Assembly (NCBI GenBank): GCA_963703355.1 | Contig: OY969813.1 | Location: 800,564 to 864,563 of the forward strand | Reading direction: 5' to 3' | DNA: 64,000 nt | Source: an uncultured Bacteroidota bacterium | Lineage (GTDB): Bacteria > Bacteroidota > Bacteroidia > Chitinophagales > Chitinophagaceae | The notes under the pieces: generated by a model | The model's input: only the letters and a program-made list of their open reading frames with translations | What the model was told of the DNA's origin: nothing | Database searches by the model: none | Program-made: the position numbers and the translations under genes | In this document: positions 47,123 to 56,079 of the stretch, piece by piece | How the letters are laid out: every line of letters begins with the position of its first letter | Numbering within the stretch: the first letter of the stretch is position 1

Positions 47123-48121
47123 TTAGCTTTTCATTTTTGCAGGTGATATTCCAAATTTTTTCTTAAATGCACTACTGAAATGCTGAACGCTCGAATAACC
47201 CAGATCAAAAGCAATCTCAGTGACTGGTTTACCGGTCTCCAGTAAATTATTTTTCGCAATTTCCAATCTTGCGTCCGACAAATACCCAAAAACAGTATTG
47301 CCGAATGTCTCCTTAAATCCACGTTTCAGCTTATACTCATTCATCCCGATTATTCGCGCCAGTTCCGATAAACTCGGGGGCGACTCCAGATTACCAATAA
47401 TATATTCTCTTGCATGCATCAGGCGATCGCGATCCGGTTTACTGATTCTGTAGGCTTTTGAAACATTTGATAAACTATTACAAGCCTCCGCCTGAATAAC
47501 CAGAAACTCGATACTTTTTGATAACAGATACATTTTCTTTAATCCATCTTTATATTGACAGTGCAGTATGTTGTTTATCATATTCCGCATGGGTGCTTCC
47601 AGCGTCAGATTATTCGGAGAAAGCGCCGTCTCACGACCGCCAACCACTGCTTCACTGAAACGCGATATCACTTCATTTGCATTTTCAGTCAGCCGAAGAA
47701 ATGCATCTTTCGTGAATTGTAAAAAAAACATGGATGCGGAAGATCCTTCAGGTTTTATAATGCCCGCGTCTGATGTGCTTGTCCTCGAGTAAAAAAGATT
47801 GTGTTGGTAATTGCCCATCAAAGGTATTTGCTGTCCCCCTGGAAGGGCAATCCATACCGACCCTTTTAGGTTGACCATGAAAGTCACCAGCTCAACGTTT
47901 ATATCGTAGTTCCATTGAACATCCACGGCTTGTTTGAAATGCCAGTCGGAAAAACTCATCCGCATGCCTTCGAAATACCATTCATGCGATTGGACGTCCA
48001 CTGCAGGCACACTGATTTTTTCCATACGTTCCACCAGTGAGTTGGTTTTGGAACCGTTGAGAAAAAAATCGTTGACCAGCTGACTATTAAATTCCGGTAT
48101 CTGCGTCAGTTCAAATGGCAT
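47123..48121 (-). CDS. AraC-family transcriptional regulator
   Basis: 332 aa with a C-terminal double HTH (LSELARIIGMNEYKLKRGFKETFG...VTEIAFDLGYSSVQHFSSAFKKKFGISP). The N-terminal sensor domain was not recognised. Confidence 0.85.
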   Translation of the reverse strand: MPFELTQIPEFNSQLVNDFFLNGSKTNSLVERMEKISVPAVDVQSHEWYFEGMRMSFSDWHFKQAVDVQWNYDINVELVTFMVNLKGSVWIALPGGQQIPLMGNYQHNLFYSRTSTSDAGIIKPEGSSASMFFLQFTKDAFLRLTENANEVISRFSEAVVGGRETALSPNNLTLEAPMRNMINNILHCQYKDGLKKMYLLSKSIEFLVIQAEACNSLSNVSKAYRISKPDRDRLMHAREYIIGNLESPPSLSELARIIGMNEYKLKRGFKETFGNTVFGYLSDARLEIAKNNLLETGKPVTEIAFDLGYSSVQHFSSAFKKKFGISPAKMKS

Positions 48122-48209
48122 AACTCCTTTTTCTATAACTTAATAATCCGTTTTACATAACAACACAGAAATAGTAAACACTATTTTTATTTCCAAAAAA
48201 AAGGCGGTT

Positions 48210-48674
48210 ATGTTTTTAAAAGTAAAATTAAATGTCAGAAGCGCAACCGGTTATTTTATTGCCGCATATATTATTGTAACCATTCTGGCCTATCTGGCCA
48301 GTTATCTGGTAAGCGTATTCATCCAGCTACCACCCCAGCCACCCGGTGGTAATATGTTCGATTCACCGGAATTTGTGAAATCGGTTCCTTATCATCTGTT
48401 GATTAATTTGCTGGTCTGGACAATTTTTAGCTATCTATACTTTAAAAGAAATCAGAAAAAAGGATTAAACAATACAGCTCCGATTTACCTGAGCTTCTTC
48501 TGGCTTCTGGCAGCAATGCTGACTGATCTGGTTTTTTTTATACTGATCCCAAGTCCCGTTGAGCTGTCGTTTCATCAGTTTTATGTTGAATACCAGCCCT
48601 GGATTGCGATTACCTACGGAATGGTTTTTATCAGTCCGTTGTTATCATACGCATTGATAAAAAACAGGGCCTGA
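48210..48674 (+). CDS. small 4-TM membrane protein, function unknown
   Basis: 154 aa with four hydrophobic segments, divergent from the AraC gene. Confidence 0.45.
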   Translation: MFLKVKLNVRSATGYFIAAYIIVTILAYLASYLVSVFIQLPPQPPGGNMFDSPEFVKSVPYHLLINLLVWTIFSYLYFKRNQKKGLNNTAPIYLSFFWLLAAMLTDLVFFILIPSPVELSFHQFYVEYQPWIAITYGMVFISPLLSYALIKNRA

Positions 48675-48728
48675 TAAAAATGAGTGCTTTCTTTATTGGA
48701 GATCGCGGAGTCCTAAGATGCTACATAT

Positions 48729-51188
48729 TTACTCATTCTTTAAACTATTAACAGGATTGGCCACTGCAGCTTTTATTGCATGAAAACTCACCGTACACAA
48801 TGCAATGAATATAGCCATAGAGCCGGCGATAACAAAAAACCACCAGCCCATATCAATTCGGAAGGCAAAATCTTCTAACCACCTGTTCATAAAATACCAG
48901 GCAACAGGAGAAGCGATCACCAGTGCAATCACAACCAGCAGCACGAAATCTTTGCTTAGCAGCGTTACGATATCTGTTACCGTAGCACCGAGTACTTTTC
49001 GAATACCAATTTCCTTCGTTCTTTGCTCCGCAGTGAACAACGCCAATCCAAATAACCCCATGCAGGAAATAAAAATAGTGATACTCATGACCACATTCAT
49101 TAACCAGGCCGTTTTGGTTTCCTGGTCATATAACCAGGTGATGGATTCATTGAGAAAATGATAGTTAAAATCATTTTCTGGGTAGGTGGCTTTCCATTCT
49201 TTCTCCACCTGATTGATAATCGCTTTTGCTTCAACTACCTCCTTTCCCCGCGTTGCCAGTTTTAAACCCATCCCCTTTTCCTGTTCCGGCATATGGGCAA
49301 TGACCACCGGCTTCATCGCTTCATGAAAAGAATTCTCATGGAAGTCAGCCACCACTCCCACTATTGGATATGTCTTTCCATTATACCAGGTAATCTGCTT
49401 TCCGATTGCATCTGCCGGATCCGAAAAACCAATACTTTTTGAAAAGATCTGGTTGACGACCAGTTCCCTCAGACTGTCACTATGAAACATATTTCTTCCG
49501 GCAACCAGCTTCATTTTATAAAAAGGAATGTAATCTTCATTACCTGGTTGCAGGGAAACATCCAGACTAATCACATCCTTTCCTTTGAATGAAACAGTTT
49601 GCGACATATGAGGGAAACCCATCGGAGCAAATGCCTGCAGAATTACTTTTTCCACACCTGGAATACGTCCGATACGAGTAGCCAGTCCTTTTACTTTATC
49701 GGATTGATCTCTCCAGATTCTCGGAATGTTTACGATAGCGTCTGAAGAAAAGCCCTTGTCACTACTACGCATAAATCGGATCTGACTGCCAATAACCAAC
49801 GTACCAATGATAAAAAGAAGGGAAATGCTGAATTGAAAAACAATCAGCGCCTTACGCAGATTTCCTTTTTCACGGACTGTTCTCAACCCGTTTCCCGTCA
49901 GGCTTTGTACCGGTTTGAACCCCGACAATACAAAGGCAGGATAAAAACCCGCAAGCATCGTTGTCAACAACAATACGCCCGCGAGGAACAGGAGGTTTTG
50001 AAAATTCAAATTGAAAACCACACCATCGGGTATATAGTCCCTGAAAAAAGAAAGCGCATACCGTACCATGAATGCAGCCAGACACACCGCTATCAGCGTG
50101 AGTAAAAAAGTTTCTGTTAAAAACTGGAAGATCAAATGAGACCTTTTACTACCCATTACTTTCCGGATGCCGGTTTCTTTTGCACGACGAAATGACTGAG
50201 CAGTAGTAAGATTGATAAAGTTGATGGCGGCTATCAGCAGAATAAAAATGGCCGCTCCCATCAGTGCATAAATCACGGGACGGTACGCTTTTCTAAACTG
50301 GTTGTCTCCGTCATCTCCCCGGTGAAATTCAGGCGTAAAATGAATATCAGTAATAGGTTGAAGCCACATCCTGATTTTGCTCCAGTGTCCGTTGGGTTTT
50401 ATATTTTTTTTAATATAGGTTGAAAATGCAAGATCCACTTTAGCAGGAGAACTTTCTTTCGAGAGTTTCACATAAGCCTGCGATTGATGCGGCCCAAGAT
50501 TACTCCAGTCTTCAGTGGGTATTCTGTTTCTTAAGAAACTATGCGTTGCGGATTTTAACGAAATAAAATCAGTGTAGTCGAAATCCGATTTTTCCTTCCA
50601 GTCTTCCAGGATACCTGAGACCGTTAGTTTCAGGGAATCGTCATATATAACGGTTTTACCGATCATCTTATCCACAGGCAGATTTCCAAAATACTGTAAG
50701 GCCCTGGATTTTGTAAGTACAACATGGAACGGTTGATTCAAACTGGATGCATTACCTGCCAACCATCGATAAGAAAAGATATCAAAATAGGAAGCGTTCG
50801 TAATGATGCTGGCTATGCCTCCTCTGTCAAGATTGCCACTGAAATTTTTATCAGGTTTGCCCGATTCCTGAACCGTGGTCCTTGCGCCATACTGGTAGTA
50901 ACCACAGGCCACTTCGAATCCAGGTATCTGTGTTTCAAAACCGGCCATCTCCGGAATCGGGGCATTAAGAAAAATGGATTCCCCATTTTCCCGCTGGGCT
51001 TCTCCAACGATCCGGTAAATCCGATCTCCATTGGGATGAAACCTGTCAAAACTTAGATCGTAACTGTTAATCAGATAAATAACGAGACAGGCACATATCC
51101 CAAAGGCAAGCCCTGTTATATTTATTGCCGTATTTATTTTTTGCCTGGAAATATTTCTCCAGGCAATTTTAAAATAATTTGTAAGCAT
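48729..51188 (-). CDS. duplicated FtsX/MacB-like ABC-transporter permease (orphan; native composition)
   Basis: 819 aa, a paralogue of 41545-43989 (MLTNYFKIAWRNISRQKINTAINITGLAFGI..., FRRAKETGIRKVMGS, EQRTKEIGIRKVLGA). No ABC ATPase gene is adjacent. Confidence 0.85.
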   Translation of the reverse strand: MLTNYFKIAWRNISRQKINTAINITGLAFGICACLVIYLINSYDLSFDRFHPNGDRIYRIVGEAQRENGESIFLNAPIPEMAGFETQIPGFEVACGYYQYGARTTVQESGKPDKNFSGNLDRGGIASIITNASYFDIFSYRWLAGNASSLNQPFHVVLTKSRALQYFGNLPVDKMIGKTVIYDDSLKLTVSGILEDWKEKSDFDYTDFISLKSATHSFLRNRIPTEDWSNLGPHQSQAYVKLSKESSPAKVDLAFSTYIKKNIKPNGHWSKIRMWLQPITDIHFTPEFHRGDDGDNQFRKAYRPVIYALMGAAIFILLIAAINFINLTTAQSFRRAKETGIRKVMGSKRSHLIFQFLTETFLLTLIAVCLAAFMVRYALSFFRDYIPDGVVFNLNFQNLLFLAGVLLLTTMLAGFYPAFVLSGFKPVQSLTGNGLRTVREKGNLRKALIVFQFSISLLFIIGTLVIGSQIRFMRSSDKGFSSDAIVNIPRIWRDQSDKVKGLATRIGRIPGVEKVILQAFAPMGFPHMSQTVSFKGKDVISLDVSLQPGNEDYIPFYKMKLVAGRNMFHSDSLRELVVNQIFSKSIGFSDPADAIGKQITWYNGKTYPIVGVVADFHENSFHEAMKPVVIAHMPEQEKGMGLKLATRGKEVVEAKAIINQVEKEWKATYPENDFNYHFLNESITWLYDQETKTAWLMNVVMSITIFISCMGLFGLALFTAEQRTKEIGIRKVLGATVTDIVTLLSKDFVLLVVIALVIASPVAWYFMNRWLEDFAFRIDMGWWFFVIAGSMAIFIALCTVSFHAIKAAVANPVNSLKNE

Positions 51189-51401
51189 GTGGGTGGTATT
51201 GAATCTATTGCCACCAATTAAATGCCATTCGATAAGGACATGATAATCAATAGGAGTTTTTTTATCCAGCGCTGCAACCGTTCGAATTCATACAGTTTTG
51301 TGCGATAATGATGATATGATCATGGCTTCTGGAAAAAGGCTCCTGACCTCTCAGGTCACATTGTTGACCTCTACAGCAAATTCGAAATAAATGTTCGCCC
51401 A

Positions 51402-51409
51402 TAGTTTTG
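51402..51409 (+). promoter_or_regulatory. candidate -7 box (TAGTTTTG)
   Basis: TAnnTTTG match 16 nt upstream of the ATG at 51425. It overlaps the ORF-track TTG start (51407), arguing for the downstream ATG. Confidence 0.35.
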
Positions 51410-51424
51410 CAAAAATTCAACAAA

Positions 51425-52237
51425 ATGAATCCAAACAAAGTATTATGGGAAAAAGGAGACTTCACCCAAATAGCGGCTACGATGCGCGAGAGTGGTGAGG
51501 CACTGGTAAACACACTGGAAATTAAAAAAAATATGATGGTGCTGGATCTGGGTTGCGGCGATGGTACCACGGCAATACCCGCCGCTAAACTAGGCGCCCG
51601 GGTATTGGGAGTGGATATTGCGGCTAATCTGGTCAAAGCCGGAAATCAACGCGCTGAACTCGAGGGACTGAACAACTGTGTCTTTCAAGAAGGTGATGCC
51701 AGCGACCTCGCAGGTATAAAAGATGAAACTTTCGATCTCATTGTAACCATATTTGGTGCCATGTTCGCACCAAAACCATTTGATGTTGCAAAAGAAATGG
51801 TTCGCGTAACGCGCCCTGATGGTCGCATTATAATGGGCAACTGGATTCCGGGAGATCCTACGTTGGTAGCACAGATTCTAAAAATAAGTGCGGCATTTAC
51901 ACCACCGCCTCCGGAAGGTTTTGTCAGCCCCATGTTTTGGGGTATGCAGGAAAATGTGATCGAACGTTTTGTAAGTGCAGGCATTCCAAAAGAAAATATC
52001 AGCTTCGAAAAAGCAACGTTCACTTTTAATGCTCCTTATTCACCGGCAACGCTGGTAAATACATTCAGAAAGTATTATGGGCCTACCATGAATGCATTTG
52101 AAGCAGCAGAAAAAAATGGTAAGGCAACAGAACTGCAAAAGGAACTCGAAGTCTTGTTCAATACACAGAATCAAAACAGGATCCCTGTAGCTACATCCAT
52201 ACCTGCTACATTTTTAAAAGTTGTCGTGAAGCGATAG
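51425..52237 (+). CDS. class I SAM-dependent methyltransferase
   Basis: 270 aa from MNPNKVLW... with SAM-binding motif I VLDLGCGDGTTAIPAAKLGARVLGVDI. Substrate unknown. Confidence 0.8.
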   Translation: MNPNKVLWEKGDFTQIAATMRESGEALVNTLEIKKNMMVLDLGCGDGTTAIPAAKLGARVLGVDIAANLVKAGNQRAELEGLNNCVFQEGDASDLAGIKDETFDLIVTIFGAMFAPKPFDVAKEMVRVTRPDGRIIMGNWIPGDPTLVAQILKISAAFTPPPPEGFVSPMFWGMQENVIERFVSAGIPKENISFEKATFTFNAPYSPATLVNTFRKYYGPTMNAFEAAEKNGKATELQKELEVLFNTQNQNRIPVATSIPATFLKVVVKR

Positions 52238-52385
52238 TCGCACTGTCATTCACTTCTGCAAAAAATACAAACGCATGAAAAACAAAACCGGAAAATTACC
52301 GAGAGGGTATATCTGGATCTTTACAATGTATACTATCCCAAAAGCCTATCGGCTTTCTTAATAAATCTCCAAAAACTATTATCCT

Positions 52386-53024
52386 TTAGAAGGAAAAAAT
52401 TTTATCCAGCTCAATGATATGTTTCCCGTTTGGAAGAAATTTGGGAGATTTTGCAAGTTTTTCAGCAAGTATGCCTGTAGATAAAGGACGGAATTTCCTG
52501 ATCAGACCCAACCGATTTGTCAGCTTTAATAAACCTGCTATCACCACTTCTCCCCTTCTATCGGTGTTCTTTCTTAACAGAAATCCAGGTTTGAAAACAA
52601 TGAATTGCTCAAATTTCAAAGCATTTATGGCATCCTCCAAAGCTCCCTTCATCCTGGAGTAAAAGACTTTACTTTTTATAGATGCACCATATGCCGACAA
52701 AAGTACCGCCCTTGATATTCCGTTTCGTTTTGCTATCTCCGCAAATTTCACTGGAATTTCATAGTCGATATGCCACTGCTTTTCTTTTGAACCAGCCGCC
52801 TTGAGTGTTGTTCCCATACAATTGAACCATACGTCTCCATTGATTTGTCCGGACACTTCGTCGAGTTTATTAAAATCCATAATGATCTCCAGTAACTTTG
52901 CATGAGTTATCCCAGAGTTGCGACGTACAAATATGACCACTTCAGTATAATCGGGATCCTTCAACAATATTTCTACCAGGTCTTTTCCGGTGGCACCAGT
53001 AGCTCCGATAATCAATGCTTTCAT
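52386..53024 (-). CDS. NAD(P)H-binding atypical SDR-like protein
   Basis: 212 aa with the N-terminal Rossmann motif MKALIIGATGATGKDLV. Confidence 0.7.
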   Translation of the reverse strand: MKALIIGATGATGKDLVEILLKDPDYTEVVIFVRRNSGITHAKLLEIIMDFNKLDEVSGQINGDVWFNCMGTTLKAAGSKEKQWHIDYEIPVKFAEIAKRNGISRAVLLSAYGASIKSKVFYSRMKGALEDAINALKFEQFIVFKPGFLLRKNTDRRGEVVIAGLLKLTNRLGLIRKFRPLSTGILAEKLAKSPKFLPNGKHIIELDKIFSF

Positions 53025-53034
53025 GTTTCAATAT

Positions 53035-53715
53035 TTACAAATAACCCTGCTTCTTTAAATAATCTACCCAGATCGGATAGGCGGGCGGTTTTAAATGAAG
53101 CCCTTCATATGTAAGTTCGCTCTTGAGACGTCCATTTGCGTCAACAAACAAATGAGCGATGTCGACATATGTATAATTCCCTACTTTAGCCTGGGCCGTC
53201 AGCAATTTGTTCAGCGCCAGTATATGCTCCTGCTTGTCATAGTGCTGCGGAAAATGTGGCAGTTCCGGATTTATAGGAAGTACGCTCTGCACATAGATGA
53301 TGGTATTGGGGCATTTATCATGAATCTCTTTTACAATTTTCATATAGTTGTAGGCGATAACTACATCCGGTATGTCTTTTCCAATATCATTTATCCCCAG
53401 CAAAATAAAAATCTTTGATGGAAAACGATCGGTAATATCTTTCAGCCGGTGCAGTACGCCATAAGTGATGTCTCCTCCAATACCACGATTAATGACCGTG
53501 CTGTCATTCAACAGTTTTTTCCAATCGCCCATTTCCGTAATACTGTTGCCCAGAAAAATAATCCTGCCCGTAACGATGGGTTCCTTCGCGAATTGGGCCA
53601 GCCGTTGTGGCGTATGTTCCGGGATAAAGGGAATGGTATCAAAAACATTTTGGTTGGTAACCGTTTGCGCAGTCGTTACCAACGGTAAAATAAGGATGAA
53701 GATAAATTTTTTCAA
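53035..53715 (-). CDS. secreted SGNH/GDSL hydrolase (esterase)
   Basis: The likely start is TTG at 53715 (M-KKFIFILILPLVTTAQ signal peptide). Block I FLGNSITEMG, block III GINDIG and a C-terminal D..H-type block (EGLHL) are present. The ORF track extends to 53784. Confidence 0.75.
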   Translation of the reverse strand: MKKFIFILILPLVTTAQTVTNQNVFDTIPFIPEHTPQRLAQFAKEPIVTGRIIFLGNSITEMGDWKKLLNDSTVINRGIGGDITYGVLHRLKDITDRFPSKIFILLGINDIGKDIPDVVIAYNYMKIVKEIHDKCPNTIIYVQSVLPINPELPHFPQHYDKQEHILALNKLLTAQAKVGNYTYVDIAHLFVDANGRLKSELTYEGLHLKPPAYPIWVDYLKKQGYL

Positions 53716-53883
53716 AGGTTCTTTTAAAAATAATTTCAAAATAAAAACCAGCCAGTCGCCATTAGAGTTTCGCCATTCCTTCAATTAAATTATTTGTTAA
53801 CGCAATCGAAGTTAATAAACAAATCATTTGGATAGGCACGATGAAACATGAACTTGGTTGTTTGATTTTCATACTTTTGTTGT

Positions 53884-54765
53884 ATGGCAACCAGAATTTT
53901 ATCCGGCGTACCGGACTCGATAACAAAAGATCTGAAGCTGAAAGGATTTAAGATTCACGTGTTACCTGAAACCTCCCATCTGTCTGCAGCTCACGGCAGG
54001 AGGGATTTTTATAAGATGGGACTGGTAACAGGTAATATGACGATTTTATATGGAGGCAAGCTATTGGAATTAAATGATACCGTACTGTTTTTTGTCAATC
54101 CCAATATCCCTCATTCAATTGTACGTACTTCCAAAAAGAGAAAAGGTTACGCATGTCTGTTTACCGAAGCATTTATTGCAGGTAGAGAGCGGACAGGACT
54201 GTTGCAAAACTCGCCATTATTCAGGTCCGACGGTTCGCCCGTAATTCCACTGAATCCGGAACAGACTGTTTTTATGACTACTATTTTTCAAAAAATGCTT
54301 TCTGTACACAGCAGTAATTACCACCATAAAGACGAACTGCTTAGAAACTGCATAGAGCTGGTTCTTCACGAAGCATTGAGAATACAGCCTCCGCAAATTG
54401 GACAGCAACATAAGAATGCAGCAGGAAGGATAACTCATTTATTTTTGGAATTATTAGAAAGACAGTTTCCCATCGACAATACAGAACAACCACTCCGTTT
54501 GAGAACCGCGCAGGATTTTGCGGAAAGTCTTTCTGTACATATAAATTACCTTAACCGGACACTAAAAGAAGTTACCGGCAAGCCAACTACCGTACATATA
54601 GCAGAACGTATAACCGCAGAGGCAAAAGCCCTTTTACTATATACCGACTGGAGCGTGGCCGACATCGCGTATAGTCTGGGTTTCGAATATCCCACCTATT
54701 TTAATAATTACTTTAAGCGCTTAACGGGCACTACTCCCAATGCAGTCCGAAAGGAAAAGGTTTGA
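53884..54765 (+). CDS. AraC-family transcriptional regulator
   Basis: 293 aa with a C-terminal HTH pair (AQDFAESLSVHINYLNRTLKEVTG...VADIAYSLGFEYPTYFNNYFKRLTGTTP). A TACTTTTG box ends only 5 nt before the annotated ATG, so the start is uncertain. Confidence 0.8.
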   Translation: MATRILSGVPDSITKDLKLKGFKIHVLPETSHLSAAHGRRDFYKMGLVTGNMTILYGGKLLELNDTVLFFVNPNIPHSIVRTSKKRKGYACLFTEAFIAGRERTGLLQNSPLFRSDGSPVIPLNPEQTVFMTTIFQKMLSVHSSNYHHKDELLRNCIELVLHEALRIQPPQIGQQHKNAAGRITHLFLELLERQFPIDNTEQPLRLRTAQDFAESLSVHINYLNRTLKEVTGKPTTVHIAERITAEAKALLLYTDWSVADIAYSLGFEYPTYFNNYFKRLTGTTPNAVRKEKV

Positions 54766-54850
54766 AATTCATACTTATTGGTTTGATTATCATTAGCAGT
54801 GAGCGACACTTAGCTGGAGCTTTGTACGATACATTGTAAATAGAAAGAGT

Positions 54851-55711
54851 ATGAAAATTTTAGTAACCGGTGCAACGGGAAAAGTAGGAAGCAGATTTGT
54901 GAAACGAATGCTGGCAAAAAAATATGATGTTCGTGCGCTGGTACGCGATGCCGCGAAAGCAATATCATTGGAAGAACTCGGAGCTGAGATAGTTACAGGC
55001 GATTTAAACAAAACAGAAAGTTTGCTGCCCGCCTTAAAAGACATCGATGCGGTGATACATATTGCTGCATTCTTCCGAAGTTTTACAGATAATGAAGGCA
55101 TTATTAAAACAAATCGTGAAGGCACCGTGGCTCTTGCCCGTGCATCCATGGCAGCCGGAGTAAAAAGATTTATTTTCACGAGCACGGGAAACGTTTATGG
55201 AACCGACAACCACCGGCCGGCTAAAGAAGATGATGTACTGAACGACAATGATCCCCGCGCATACTCATCCAGCAAAATTGCCGCAGAGAAAGAATTGATT
55301 TCAATGCATAAAATCAAAAACTTCGACGTACGCATATTGCGTCTGGGTTTTGTATACGGAGATAAAGATCCGCATATAGAAGAAATCATTCCTGTGTTAA
55401 AAAAATGGAAACGCAATTCCGCATATAGAATGCACATGGTGCATCATCTGGACGTATCTCAGGCATTAATGTTATTGTTACATACCGACGGGCTCAATGG
55501 CGAAATTTTCAACCTGGCAGACGATGCACCCATCAGCTTGTATGAACTGGTTGATTCTTTTGGAATGGTTGCGGATACTTTTGAATCGCCGGAAGGGCCT
55601 TTGGTAAACTCCTTTGAGGGTGTTATGGATATTTCAAAACTCAGAAACAGAACAGGCTTCCGCCCCCTTATTCCGAGTTATTATGTTGCTCGTGATCTCG
55701 ATATTTTATAA
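54851..55711 (+). CDS. NAD-dependent epimerase/dehydratase-family SDR
   Basis: 286 aa with [17 protein letters not shown] and a YSSSK catalytic motif. Confidence 0.8.
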   Translation: MKILVTGATGKVGSRFVKRMLAKKYDVRALVRDAAKAISLEELGAEIVTGDLNKTESLLPALKDIDAVIHIAAFFRSFTDNEGIIKTNREGTVALARASMAAGVKRFIFTSTGNVYGTDNHRPAKEDDVLNDNDPRAYSSSKIAAEKELISMHKIKNFDVRILRLGFVYGDKDPHIEEIIPVLKKWKRNSAYRMHMVHHLDVSQALMLLLHTDGLNGEIFNLADDAPISLYELVDSFGMVADTFESPEGPLVNSFEGVMDISKLRNRTGFRPLIPSYYVARDLDIL

Positions 55712-56079
55712 TGATAAAACGTTGGTGCGGTCACGACTGAAATACAAACGATCTAAACCATCTTCTTTTATAAAAAGCAGCAGATCGCCCCTGTTTGCTC
55801 GTCCCTGATGTTAAGTTTCATGCTTTGACATTACTTAATAGGTAGCCGTTTTTGATTCTAAGTTCCTACATGCTGCCCCAAACTGCAAAACCCCTGGCCG
55901 AATACTGGCAAAAGCGAACTTTTCAGGGCTAAAATGGGAGGTAAAATTGTTAAAACCGGATAGATTAAAAATTTAATCATCTGCTTGAGTTATAGCAGTT
56001 TATTTACTACATTAACAGTTCACTTTAAGATGAAAACTACGGGTCGCCGGGATTTCTATAGAAAGATTGAAAACTTGCC

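Noticed and set aside
51262-51636. 124-aa minus-strand ORF overlapping the methyltransferase start region.
   Set aside because: It overlaps the well-supported SAM-methyltransferase CDS in antisense, gives a low-complexity translation and has no start context.
52277-52363. 28-aa ORF (MKNKTGKLPRGYIWIFTMYTIPKAYRLS) in the intergenic region after the methyltransferase gene.
   Set aside because: It is too short, has no promoter box or conservation evidence available, and cannot be distinguished from chance.
53872-53879. TACTTTTG -7-box match upstream of the second AraC gene.
   Set aside because: It ends only 5 nt before the annotated ATG, so it would imply a leaderless transcript or a downstream start. 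It was not reported as a promoter feature because the geometry is ambiguous.
55712-56079. 370-bp intergenic region upstream of the T9SS cargo gene, and the similar 373-bp gap at 41172-41544, examined for riboswitches or small RNAs.
   Set aside because: No recognisable riboswitch core, conserved hairpin-plus-T-run or repeat was found by eye. Nothing supportable could be reported.
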